Made by a program: the position numbers and the translations under genes
Assembly (NCBI GenBank): GCA_039588335.1
Contig: JBDGZZ010000003.1
Span: 1,907 to 65,906, forward strand
From: Gemmatimonadota bacterium
GTDB taxonomy: Bacteria; Gemmatimonadota; Gemmatimonadetes; Gemmatimonadales; GWC2-71-9
Length of the DNA: 64,000 nucleotides
Direction: 5' to 3'
Notes under the pieces: generated by a model
Database searches by the model: none
Told to the model about the DNA's origin: nothing
What the model saw: the letters and a program-made list of their open reading frames with translations, nothing else
Part shown: piece by piece, positions 38,978 to 48,218 of the stretch
Position numbering within the stretch: the stretch's first letter is position 1
How the letters are laid out: every line of letters begins with the position of its first letter

Positions 38978-39022
38978 CGCCGCCTTGCCCCACTTTCGGG
39001 AACCGTATAGGATTCGAACCGA

Positions 39023-39508
39023 ATGAACTTCACGACAATTAGAGGGATTACGCAAGCGTCGCGGCCAGTCGCCGCGGTAGCTGTTGCCGCAGCCACCCTG
39101 TCATGTGGCTCGCAGGGTGGATCGAGCGGCCCCGCACCAGTCAGTCCCGACGCTACTGTGGTTGCCTTTCTCAGTGCCGTCCGCTCCGGGGATCTGCAAG
39201 ACATGTCCCAGCTATGGGGAAATGCCCGGGGACTGGCTGCAGATCAGATGGATTCGGAGACGCTGGAACAGCGGCTGACGATCACCAGGATCTACCTGGA
39301 ACACCAGGCGTATGCGATCATTGAGCGGCCACCCGACGCGGTTGTCAGCGTTGCATCTGACGAGCAGGTGGTCTGGGTCCGGCTAACCCGTAGGGGATGT
39401 GCCCCCATTGTGCCGTTCACGCTCACGAGGTTCGGCGACCGGTGGCTGATCCGGAACGTCGATCTCGAAGCGGTGGGGAATCCCGAACGGCAGTGTTCCG
39501 CTCGGTAG
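39023..39508 (+). CDS. Lipoprotein of unknown function (NTF2-like)
   Basis: Lipobox [25 protein letters not shown]...[10 protein letters not shown] suggests an NTF2-like fold. Confidence 0.45.
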   Translation: MNFTTIRGITQASRPVAAVAVAAATLSCGSQGGSSGPAPVSPDATVVAFLSAVRSGDLQDMSQLWGNARGLAADQMDSETLEQRLTITRIYLEHQAYAIIERPPDAVVSVASDEQVVWVRLTRRGCAPIVPFTLTRFGDRWLIRNVDLEAVGNPERQCSAR

Positions 39509-39520
39509 TCGCCGAGTGGC

Positions 39521-39958
39521 CTACTCGGTGAGTTCCAACAAGATCCCACCGGCGGCTTTGGGGTGAACAAAAGCCACCCGCCGGCCTCCAGCGCCTGGTC
39601 TTGGGGTTTCGTCGACTAGCTGGAAGCCCAGTCTGCGACACTCGCTGAGCGTGTGGTCGAGATCGGAGACTCGGTAACAAATGTGATGAATGCCGGGGCC
39701 CCGTTTCTCGATGAACTTGGCGACGGGGCTGTCTGGAGCGGTCGGCTCCAACAGTTCGACCTCTACATCGCCGAACTGGATGGAAACAATTGTGGAGCCG
39801 TCCGCCGTTACAGGAGAGGACGGCTCGCACCTCAGGACGTCGCGGTAGATGGCCAAGGCTCCGCTGAGGTCGGAGACGGCCACCCCGATGTGGGCGATTC
39901 GAGCGTCAGGTTCGATCACGGGACCTCCGTGAATAAGCGTACAAGTGCTCTGACCCAA
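39521..39958 (-). CDS. Methylmalonyl-CoA epimerase (VOC/glyoxalase superfamily)
   Basis: IAHIGVAVSDL...VELLEPT...SPVAKFIEKRGPGIHHICYRV...AFVHPKAAGGILLELTE. Confidence 0.8.
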   Translation of the reverse strand: MGQSTCTLIHGGPVIEPDARIAHIGVAVSDLSGALAIYRDVLRCEPSSPVTADGSTIVSIQFGDVEVELLEPTAPDSPVAKFIEKRGPGIHHICYRVSDLDHTLSECRRLGFQLVDETPRPGAGGRRVAFVHPKAAGGILLELTE

Positions 39959-39999
39959 ACGGGTCCTGTAGCGCGCAACATAACGTGGGGGAGTTTGTC

Positions 40000-40332
40000 A
40001 TGGCAGGGACGGAATTGCTCTTGGAAGTAACCGACGACACGTTCGCACAGGAGGTCGAGCAGCACCAGGGGCTGACCCTGGTGGATTTTTGGGCTACCTG
40101 GTGCGGACCGTGTCACGTCATAGCCCCGGTTGTGGCGCAGCTCGCTGAGGAATACGAAGGCAGGTTGAAGGTAGCCAAGCTGAATGTGGACAACAGTCCG
40201 AAAACCCCAATGCAGTTCAACGTGAGGTCCATCCCGACGCTGTTGCTGTTCAAGGATGGGTCGCTCGCAGAGACAGTCGTGGGCGCTGTGCCCAAACAGT
40301 ACCTCGTCGAACGGATCGAGCAGCACTTTTAG
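40000..40332 (+). CDS. trxA: Thioredoxin
   Basis: WATWCGPCH active site. ATG 40000 has GGAG 6 nt upstream. The ORF track's GTG 39985 is the alternative start. Confidence 0.95.
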   Translation: MAGTELLLEVTDDTFAQEVEQHQGLTLVDFWATWCGPCHVIAPVVAQLAEEYEGRLKVAKLNVDNSPKTPMQFNVRSIPTLLLFKDGSLAETVVGAVPKQYLVERIEQHF

Positions 40333-40376
40333 CGAGTAGTCATGGACGCTCGCCGTTCTTCGGCAGAGGAATGATT

Positions 40377-40411
40377 GCGGCGCGCGGCGAAACAGAGCCC
40401 GCGCCGCTCTT
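40377..40411 (+). terminator. Possible terminator after trxA
   Basis: GCGGCGCG (40377-84), 15-nt loop, CGCGCCGC (40400-07), then TCTT. The U tract is weak. Confidence 0.3.
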
Positions 40412-40432
40412 GCTGCCTGCCTGAAAGGAACC

Positions 40433-41260
40433 GTGCCTGGTACGCTGTACGTGGTCGCAACACCCCTGGGGAACCTGGGTGATCTTTCGGAGCGCGCCAC
40501 TCAGGTGTTGCAGGCTGTTGCTCTGGTTGCCGCGGAAGACACTCGCCGGGCCCGCAAGCTACTCAATCACGTCGGTGCTCATCCGACGGTTGTGAGCTAT
40601 CACGCGCACTCCAAGGAAAGCAGGACCGCGCAGTTGGAAGACGCACTGTCGAGCGATACCGACGTTGCCCTGCTGACCGATGCAGGGACCCCCGCGGTCA
40701 GTGATCCGGGCGGTGAACTGGTGGCACGCGCCAGGGCAGCCGGAGCCAACGTAGTGCCGATTCCCGGTCCATCCGCCGTGAGCACGGCACTCAGTGTGGC
40801 AGGACTCCCGGCCGACCGCTACACCTTTCTTGGTTTTCTCCCTCGCAAAGGGGCCGATCGTAAGAAGTTGCTGACGGAGATCGCGGCAAGTCGCTGGACC
40901 GTGGTAGTCTTCGAGGCGGCCAACCGTCTCGTACATTTGCTGGAGGGGTTGGCGGCCAACTGTGGTAACGATCGCGCCGCAGTTGTTGCTCGCGAACTGA
41001 CGAAGATCCACGAAGAAATCAGGAGTGGAAACCTCGCCGATCTGGCGGTTTACTACCAGGAGAACCCACCCCGTGGTGAGGTAACGGTTCTAATCGGTGG
41101 CGGTGGCTCTTCGAGTCGGGAACCCGACGAAGATGGTGCGCGGGAGCTGGCGCGCAGATTGCTCGATGAAGGCATGACTCGGAGAGATGCTGCGATCCGA
41201 GTGGCAGAGGAAATGGCCATGCCCCGTAGGACGGCATACAAGCTGGTTACGGAACTATGA
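40433..41260 (+). CDS. rsmI: 16S rRNA (cytidine1402-2'-O)-methyltransferase
   Basis: GTLYVVATPLGNLGDLS...VAAEDTR...SDAGTP.VSDPG. Confidence 0.9.
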   Translation: MPGTLYVVATPLGNLGDLSERATQVLQAVALVAAEDTRRARKLLNHVGAHPTVVSYHAHSKESRTAQLEDALSSDTDVALLTDAGTPAVSDPGGELVARARAAGANVVPIPGPSAVSTALSVAGLPADRYTFLGFLPRKGADRKKLLTEIAASRWTVVVFEAANRLVHLLEGLAANCGNDRAAVVARELTKIHEEIRSGNLADLAVYYQENPPRGEVTVLIGGGGSSSREPDEDGARELARRLLDEGMTRRDAAIRVAEEMAMPRRTAYKLVTEL

Positions 41261-41922
41261 GTGATCTTGCATGCATCGTCATGTGCGTGGCTGCCCTTGG
41301 TGGTGCGGTGAAGAGCCAGGAGTCGCCTATCACGATAGGGCGCCTGCAGTACGATGGTGGCGGGGACTGGTACGCAAACCCGTCCAGTATCCCCAACCTG
41401 CTCGAGGCGATCCGTGAGCGTACGTCACTGCCGGTCACGAGCAGGGAACGGGTTGTTCGACTCACCAGCCCGGACCTCTGGGAAGTGCCCTACCTGCACA
41501 TGACCGGACACGGGAACGTGCTGTTTTCCGAGGATGAAGTGGCGGCTTTGCGCCGCTATCTCGAGAACGGAGGGTTCCTTCATGCCGACGACAATTATGG
41601 CCTGGACGAGTCGTTCCGGCGTGAGATGGCCCGCATCTTTCCGGACCAGGAACTCGTGGAGATTCCTCTGGATCATGAGGTGTACCATGTGTTCTACGAG
41701 TTCCCTCAAGGGATTCCCAAGGTGCACGAGCATGACGGATTGCCGGCCCAGGCGTTCGGTCTTTTTCTCGGTGACCGCCTTGTGGTGTTCTACAGCTACC
41801 AGTCGGATCTTGGAGACGGGTGGGAAGATCCCGAAGTTCACGAAGACGCGGACAGCGTACGGGAATCAGCTCTTCAGATGGGGGTCAACCTCTTTGTGTA
41901 TGCAGTGACGGCGAGCCGATGA
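41257..41922 (+). CDS. Secreted DUF4159-like protein
   Basis: Signal peptide. Blocks ITIGRLQYDGGGDWYANPSSIPNLL, VPYLHMTGHGNVLFSEDEV..LRRYLENGGFLHADDNYG and LFVYA match my memory of DUF4159. ATGA overlap with rsmI. Confidence 0.55.
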   Translation: MSDLACIVMCVAALGGAVKSQESPITIGRLQYDGGGDWYANPSSIPNLLEAIRERTSLPVTSRERVVRLTSPDLWEVPYLHMTGHGNVLFSEDEVAALRRYLENGGFLHADDNYGLDESFRREMARIFPDQELVEIPLDHEVYHVFYEFPQGIPKVHEHDGLPAQAFGLFLGDRLVVFYSYQSDLGDGWEDPEVHEDADSVRESALQMGVNLFVYAVTASR

Positions 41923-44900
41923 CACAGACGCAGTACTGGTTGGAGAAGAATGGTGCACCTTTCGCACGCAGGTTGGTGGCAGCTGGAGTTCTGCTGACAG
42001 GTGGACTCGTGCTGGCGGCGTTGTGCGTCGGTGTGGTTTTGGGACGAGCGGGAACTTACAGGATCTTGCCGCCCGTGGTCGTCTTTGGATGGGTGGGAGC
42101 GGCAGCAGTAGTGGTCTGGGGTGGTGTCTGGGTCAGACGCTTGCTAGCGGGAGTGAGACCGGTTGCGCTCGCCAGACAGGTGGAGCTGCGCCGTGGTCTG
42201 AGGCACGGCTCGATCGGAGGAATGGTCGAGTGGTCGGGAAAGGCTGGGAGCGCAGAACTGGCTCAACTGGCAGACCGGCGTGCAGTGGAGTGGTTGGGCG
42301 AGCACGGGCCAGCAGCTTTGGAAGGTACGACCAAGCATGCGAGGAAGGCGCTTCGAAACGGTGCAGCCGTCCTCCTTGCCGGAGTCGGTGCGTTCGTCGT
42401 CTCGGGTCCGAATACCGGCGGTGCCTCTCAATTCTGGAATCCGATCGCAACCTTGACGGGACCGCTGGGTGCAGTGGAACTGACGGTGGACAGATCGGTG
42501 GTTCAGCGCGGTGACAGCATACTGGTGACGGTCAACGCCCGAGGTCGTCGGAGTGCCCTTCTGTCCGTGCGCGCCCCAGGCGAACCGTGGGATTCGAGAG
42601 ATTTGAATCTCGACTCGGCCGGAGCCGCGACTCTCATTCTGGGCCCGCTGGACAGTGACCGTTTTCTGACGGCTGTTAGTGGCAGGCGGCATACGGACAC
42701 GTTGCACGTTCGCGTGCTGTTCCCGGCTTTCATTACCGACCTCGAAATGCTCGCGCGGTTCCCGGAACACGTTGGGCGTCCGGACGAACCGCTCGTGCCT
42801 GGACTAGACACGATAGCGCTTCCAGTGGGAACCCGTGTGCTCACGCGAGGGCGATTGACGCTTGCTCTCGATACGGTCGAATGGAGGTCGAGTGCGGTGG
42901 CGGTTCCCCTCGCCCGAGATGGAGAGGCTTTCTCAGGGGTCCTGGTGGTCACACGAACGCGACACTGGAGTCTCTACCTGAGGACCGTGCAGGGCGACTC
43001 TCTGGAGGAGGAACCGCCGGAGCTGAACATCCTCGCGGTGCGTGATGCTCCCCCCGAAATTGCGGTGCCCATCCCTGGCGCTGACACGGCCGCTCCCGTT
43101 TCGCTGCGGCAACTGTTGGTGATAGATGCCCGGGATGACTACGGGCTGACCGACACGGAACTCATTAGCTGGCGCGTGAGCCGGTTTGGCACGGCCAGCG
43201 AGCCCGTGGTGGAACAGGTACCCCTTCCGGGGCCGACCACGGATCGCGCCGTCCTCCAGTGGATGCTCGATCTGAACGGTCGAGGGTTTCTGCCGGGCGA
43301 CACGGCCCATTTCAAGGTCAGAGTGCGTGACAATGCGCCGACATCGCAGTTGGGCGAGAGCAGGGAATACTCCCTTTGGCTTCCCTCTATGGCCGAGCTG
43401 CGTGACGACGTGAGCGCGCGATCGCAGTCAGTGCAAGAGCGAGCTGATTCACTGCTGGAAGCGCAAAGGGAGCTAGCCCAGGAGTTGGAAGACCTGGCAG
43501 CCGCGAGAGAACGAGGTGAGTCGGACGTGTCGGGGAACACCGACGAGCTGCCCTTCAACTCAGTCGAGCAGGCACAGCAACTGTCTGACCGCCAGGAGGA
43601 GGCGATCGAAAGGGCGCAGCGGCTTCAGGACGAGTTGGAACAACTGTCGGAGGCGGCGTGGTCCGCCGGCATCACGGATCCGGAGTTCCACTCCCAGTTG
43701 CGTGACCTGGCAGACCTCCTAGAGCAGGCGCTCACCGAAGAGCTGAGGCAACGCCTCGAGGCTCTACGAGAAGCCGTGGAGAACCTGGATGCCGAGAGCG
43801 CCCGCGAGGCTCTGAAGGAGTTGGCCGAGTCTGCCGAAGAACTACACCAGCAACTGGAGCGGGGCAGGGAGTTGTTCGAACGGGCCGCCATCGAAGGGCA
43901 GATGTCGACGCTCGCGGAAGAGGCGGACGAGCTGTCCTCCCGACAAGAAGAGTGGAACGAAGCCGTCGAGCGGGAGTTGAGTGACAGTGCGCTGGCAGCT
44001 CAGGAAGAAGAGTTATACGCCCGTGCCGATTCGCTGGCTGCCCGGTTGGAAGAACTGGCTCAGGCACTCGAACAGTCGGGGAAGGAGGGCGAAGACCTGC
44101 AGCAGTCCTCTCAGACGGCGGGTGACGCTGCGGGAGAAATGCAGCAGGCAGCACAGCAGGCGAGCCAAGGGGAGCGGGAGCGAGCCAAGCAATCGGGTGA
44201 GTCTGCGGGCGAATCTCTCGAACCGCTGGCCGATGACCTGCGGCAGCAGCGCGACGAGTTGCGCGAGAGCTGGCGGCAGGAGGTGGTGGACGCCATGGAT
44301 CGAGCGCTGGTCGAGACCGCCCGTCTCGCTCAGCAACAGCAGGAGGTGATGGAGCGGTTGAATCGAGGCGATTCAGGCCCCGAGGTCAGGGCCGCTCAGG
44401 CGGCCGTCCGTTCCGGAGTGGACAAGCTGCTGGAGCAGTTGCAGGGAGCTGCCGGCAAGAACGCCCTGGTCTCACCTCAGCTGGGTACTGCATTGGGATT
44501 CTCCAAGGTCCGCATGTCCGAGTCACTCGACCAAATGCAGAGGGCTAGCCCCAACACACGTCAGGCCGGGGAGATGGCAGGAGAAGCTCTCGACGGCTTG
44601 AACGCCATGGCCTACGCACTGCTGCGCAGCCGGGCCGATGTTGCGGGCGCGGAGTCCGGCTCAGGTCTGGGCGAGGCAATGGAGCGCCTGGCTCAGATGG
44701 CGGAGCAACAGGGACAGTTGAATGGGCAGACGAGTAGCATGTCGTCGCTGATGCCGGACCCGACGCAGCAGATGCTGCAAGACTTGCAGGCACTTGCACA
44801 GCAGCAGCGCTTGCTGGCCGATCAATTGGATCGTTTGCAGGCTGAAGGTGAACTCGGGGGAATGGACGAACTGGCGGAAGAAGCCAGGGAACTGGCGCGC

Positions 44901-45194
44901 GCATTGGAAGCTGCTCGACTCGACCAGGAGACGGTGGAGCGTCAGGAGCGGCTGTTCCGGCGCCTACTCGATGCGGGGCGTACGCTGCGTAGTGAAGAGG
45001 AAGATCAACGGGAGGAGCGGGTGAGCGAAACAGCGGATCCCCGTAACGTCCGGCTGCCGACTGATGCGCAACTGCCGGGAGCCTCCGGACCCAGGTTCCC
45101 TTATCCGACCTGGGAGCAACTCCGATCCCTTTCGCCAGACGAGCGCCGGCTCATACTCGACTACTTCCGCAGGCTGAATGGTGGACGCCCCTAG
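41919..45194 (+). CDS. Large double-TM protein with beta-rich periplasmic region and ~600-aa acidic coiled coil (DUF4175-like)
   Basis: Start taken at ATG 41919 (ATGA overlap with the upstream stop). Two N-terminal TM helices, a DARDDYGL block, long E/Q/A/L-rich heptad-like sequence, and C-terminal RRLILDYFRRLNGGRP resembling the DUF4175 tail. Confidence 0.5.
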   Translation: MTQTQYWLEKNGAPFARRLVAAGVLLTGGLVLAALCVGVVLGRAGTYRILPPVVVFGWVGAAAVVVWGGVWVRRLLAGVRPVALARQVELRRGLRHGSIGGMVEWSGKAGSAELAQLADRRAVEWLGEHGPAALEGTTKHARKALRNGAAVLLAGVGAFVVSGPNTGGASQFWNPIATLTGPLGAVELTVDRSVVQRGDSILVTVNARGRRSALLSVRAPGEPWDSRDLNLDSAGAATLILGPLDSDRFLTAVSGRRHTDTLHVRVLFPAFITDLEMLARFPEHVGRPDEPLVPGLDTIALPVGTRVLTRGRLTLALDTVEWRSSAVAVPLARDGEAFSGVLVVTRTRHWSLYLRTVQGDSLEEEPPELNILAVRDAPPEIAVPIPGADTAAPVSLRQLLVIDARDDYGLTDTELISWRVSRFGTASEPVVEQVPLPGPTTDRAVLQWMLDLNGRGFLPGDTAHFKVRVRDNAPTSQLGESREYSLWLPSMAELRDDVSARSQSVQERADSLLEAQRELAQELEDLAAARERGESDVSGNTDELPFNSVEQAQQLSDRQEEAIERAQRLQDELEQLSEAAWSAGITDPEFHSQLRDLADLLEQALTEELRQRLEALREAVENLDAESAREALKELAESAEELHQQLERGRELFERAAIEGQMSTLAEEADELSSRQEEWNEAVERELSDSALAAQEEELYARADSLAARLEELAQALEQSGKEGEDLQQSSQTAGDAAGEMQQAAQQASQGERERAKQSGESAGESLEPLADDLRQQRDELRESWRQEVVDAMDRALVETARLAQQQQEVMERLNRGDSGPEVRAAQAAVRSGVDKLLEQLQGAAGKNALVSPQLGTALGFSKVRMSESLDQMQRASPNTRQAGEMAGEALDGLNAMAYALLRSRADVAGAESGSGLGEAMERLAQMAEQQGQLNGQTSSMSSLMPDPTQQMLQDLQALAQQQRLLADQLDRLQAEGELGGMDELAEEARELARALEAARLDQETVERQERLFRRLLDAGRTLRSEEEDQREERVSETADPRNVRLPTDAQLPGASGPRFPYPTWEQLRSLSPDERRLILDYFRRLNGGRP

Positions 45195-46908
45195 GTCTGC
45201 TATACTGCTTTGTCTAGTCGTGACGTCGGCGTATCCGACGCTTGCCCAAGAGAACCCGGGGTTGGAGTTGGAGCGGAGAGGCCGTTACGCCGAAGCGGCT
45301 ACGGCCTACCGCAACACGCTGCAAACCGACTTGACGCACGTAGCTGCATGGCTCGGACTGGAGCGCGTGCTCGGGCGGATCGACAGCCTCCGATCGGTAA
45401 TGCCGTTGCTGGATTCCGCCATCGTGACGAACCCGACTAGCAGCTTCATGCGGGAGATGAAACTGCGCATATGGGGAGCGCTGGGGGTGGAAGACAGCCT
45501 TCGGCTTGCGGCTGAGGAGTGGATGATCGTTGCGCCGGGGAGTCCAGACCCTTTCCGCCACTGGTCGATGGCATTGGCGCGGCGCGGTCGTACCGCAACC
45601 GCTTTGTCAGTGCTTCAGACTGGCCGTGCTGAGCTTGGTGGATCTGCGCTTGCACCTGAACTGGCGCAGATGTACGCGGCGGCAGGTGTGTGGATGCGCG
45701 CAGCCGAGGAGTGGGCGACGGCGGTACTGACCAGCGAATCGTATACGGCCTCAGCGGTGGCCGGATTGCGCCAGGTTCCGGAGCCCGACCGCCGGTTGGT
45801 GCTCGCGGTTTTGGTGAATCCGTCGTCCGACCCCGTCGTGCATCGGCTGGGGGCCGAGTTGTTGATCGCGTGGGACCGGCCGGAAGAAGGATGGACACTT
45901 CTGGACAGTGCACTCCCGGCTGACCGCTCACAAGCCGTGAGCGTGCTGGCCCGCTTCGCAGAGCGGACCCGGCGGGCAGGTACTCCCGAAGCGGCCCGTG
46001 CCCGGGGATACTCGTTGCACCGACTGTCGCAGCTGACAGAAGGAGCGGAGTCTGAGCGGGCTCGTCTGGGTGCAGCTCAGGCGTTTGCGGATGCCGGAGA
46101 TCTGGGGGCGGCGCGTCGAATGCTCGAGACGCTGCCGGCGAATCCGGGTACCACACAGGCGGACGCCGCCGCCGCGATGGCTACGCTCATTCGCGTCACC
46201 CTTGGATCGGGCAAGTTGGAGGAGGCGGAAACGCGATTCAGGGTTTGGGAAGACCGTCTGAGCGCAGACGGCGCCAGGCGGTTGCGGGAAGAGTTGGGAT
46301 GGGGATGGGTCGTACGCGGTGATCTGGATCGAGCGGAAGGCATATTGCAGGGAGACTCGGGCATCGGCGCTCAAGCGCTGCTGGGATGGATTGCTCTGTA
46401 TCGCGGAGATTTGAGAGCAGCTACCGAGCGGTTCCGTGCCGCGGGTCCGTACGCCCGATCACGCGACGAGGCCACGAACAGGACGACCATGTTAGCGCTC
46501 ATGCAGAGCGTTGAACCTGACAGTGTCCCTGACCTGGGTGCTGCGCTTCGATCACTCGCGCAGGGTGACACGGCCCAGGCGATCGACCAACTGCAGATGG
46601 TCGCGAGAGATCTGCCACAGACCGGGGGACGCTCGCATGTGCTTGCCTACGCGGGGGATCTTGCGGTTGCCATGCGCGACTATGATGGGGCGGAGCCGCT
46701 CTTGGTGGACGCCATTGCGGCTGACTCCACAGGGTCGGCTGCTCCGCTCGCTGAGTTTGCATTGGCAGTAGTCTACGAGCGCACCAATCGTAAGGAGCTG
46801 GCCGTGCGGCACCTAGAACATCTGATCCTGACCTATCCGGATAGTGCCGTCGTGCCGGACGCTCGACGGCTATTGAACCAGGTGCAGGGGGCGATACCGA
46901 AGTCGTGA
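45178..46908 (+). CDS. Secreted TPR-repeat protein
   Basis: Signal peptide (LLCLVVTSAYPTLAQ). Repeated A/L/G/Y helical-pair pattern throughout (YAEAATAYRNTLQ..., LAVRHLEHLILTYPDS). Confidence 0.6.
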   Translation: MVDAPRSAILLCLVVTSAYPTLAQENPGLELERRGRYAEAATAYRNTLQTDLTHVAAWLGLERVLGRIDSLRSVMPLLDSAIVTNPTSSFMREMKLRIWGALGVEDSLRLAAEEWMIVAPGSPDPFRHWSMALARRGRTATALSVLQTGRAELGGSALAPELAQMYAAAGVWMRAAEEWATAVLTSESYTASAVAGLRQVPEPDRRLVLAVLVNPSSDPVVHRLGAELLIAWDRPEEGWTLLDSALPADRSQAVSVLARFAERTRRAGTPEAARARGYSLHRLSQLTEGAESERARLGAAQAFADAGDLGAARRMLETLPANPGTTQADAAAAMATLIRVTLGSGKLEEAETRFRVWEDRLSADGARRLREELGWGWVVRGDLDRAEGILQGDSGIGAQALLGWIALYRGDLRAATERFRAAGPYARSRDEATNRTTMLALMQSVEPDSVPDLGAALRSLAQGDTAQAIDQLQMVARDLPQTGGRSHVLAYAGDLAVAMRDYDGAEPLLVDAIAADSTGSAAPLAEFALAVVYERTNRKELAVRHLEHLILTYPDSAVVPDARRLLNQVQGAIPKS

Positions 46909-48218
46909 AGCGGAGAGACTTCTTGGGTTCAGCTGGAGCGTTGCTGGGCGGCGCCGTGGGTTGGCCGTATGAACGTGGCCGTCCTATTCCCGACCTTCGC
47001 CCACGCACCCCCCAGGCCGCCTGGTTTCTCATTCCCATGGATGATCGCCAGACCGATCACCTCAAGGCATACGGTGTCACGTATAGGGCGATCGAGAAGG
47101 GTGGATCGGCGGAGTGGTTGCTCAACTACAGGGACGGGAGCTTTCTAATCCCGGCCGACCCCGCTGTCGAGCGTGACGCCGCGCTTACGGGTGTGGCGGT
47201 CGAGAGGATTGATGGTGGAGCCGTAGTCGATATTCGCGGGGTGATACAGGCTAACAACATGGATGCGGTGCCGCTGGAAAAGGCACCGAAGATTGCGGTC
47301 TATGCTCCGCCCAATGCAGCCCCCTGGGATGACGCAGTGACCATGGCCCTGCAATATGCCGGCATCAGCTTCGACAAGGTATGGGATCCGGACGTCATGA
47401 CCGGCGGCTTGAGCGACTACGAATGGCTGCATCTGCACCACGAAGACTTCACTGGGCAGTTCTCGAAGTTCTACCTTACCTACAGCGGTTCTGCCTGGCT
47501 CGCCGACATGGTGCGGCAAAACGCTCAGATGGCGAGAACGCTGGGATTCGGGTCGGTGGCCGCTCTGAAGAAGGCGGTAGCGCGCGGAATACAGGGATTC
47601 GTGTACGACGGCGGGTTCCTGTTCGGTATGTGCACTGCCACAGAGACACTGGAAATTGCCTTGGCAGCGGAAGGCGTCGACATAGCCGCGCGCTACAGCG
47701 ATGGAACGCCGATGGACCCGCGTGCGTCGCAGCGCCTGCAATGGGACAGCACGCTCGCTTTCGAAGATGTTGTGCTCGAACGGTCGGCCGCCATCGCCAG
47801 TTTTTCCAACATAGATGGGCATCAGGTTAACAATCCTGGGCGACGGCAGGTGCTGGGTGCTTTCAAGTTGTTCAACTTCAGCGCCAAGATCGACCCAGTG
47901 CCGACAATGCTGGTACAGTGCCATCGACAGGTAATCCCAGATTTCTATGGACTCACCACTTCTTTCAACCGCTCCACGTTGAAACCGGGCGTCACGGTGT
48001 TGGCCGACGAGTCGGGAGCCAGTTGGGTCAAGTACATCCACGGCGACTTCGGACAAGGGACGTGGACCTTTTTCGGCGGTCATGATCCGGAAGATCCCCA
48101 GCATCAAATCGGTGATCCGCCCACTGATCTCTCACTTCACCCCAACTCACCGGGTTACCGGCTCATTCTCAATAACGTTCTATTCCCCGCGGCGAAGAAA
48201 CGTGAGCTGAAGACGTGA
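46905..48218 (+). CDS. Twin-arginine-signal protein of unknown function
   Basis: MKRRDFLGSAGALLGG (Tat motif). Conserved-looking blocks KIAVYAPPNAAPWDDAVT, YEWLHLHHEDFTGQFSKFY and GGFLFGMCTATE. GTGA overlap on both sides. Confidence 0.5.
   Translation: MKRRDFLGSAGALLGGAVGWPYERGRPIPDLRPRTPQAAWFLIPMDDRQTDHLKAYGVTYRAIEKGGSAEWLLNYRDGSFLIPADPAVERDAALTGVAVERIDGGAVVDIRGVIQANNMDAVPLEKAPKIAVYAPPNAAPWDDAVTMALQYAGISFDKVWDPDVMTGGLSDYEWLHLHHEDFTGQFSKFYLTYSGSAWLADMVRQNAQMARTLGFGSVAALKKAVARGIQGFVYDGGFLFGMCTATETLEIALAAEGVDIAARYSDGTPMDPRASQRLQWDSTLAFEDVVLERSAAIASFSNIDGHQVNNPGRRQVLGAFKLFNFSAKIDPVPTMLVQCHRQVIPDFYGLTTSFNRSTLKPGVTVLADESGASWVKYIHGDFGQGTWTFFGGHDPEDPQHQIGDPPTDLSLHPNSPGYRLILNNVLFPAAKKRELKT

Noticed and set aside
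37739-39010. 423-aa plus-strand ORF, with similar long antisense ORFs at 33468-34529, 18192-19181, 47145-48107 (minus), 10319-10972, 45446-46156, 52559-53269 and 63116-63757
   Set aside because: Each lies antisense to a gene with unmistakable conserved motifs (pdxJ and the Hpt-like gene, prs, smc, the Tat protein and others). Their translations are Arg/Ser/Pro/Ala-rich and low in complexity. This is the usual open-frame artefact of high-GC DNA.
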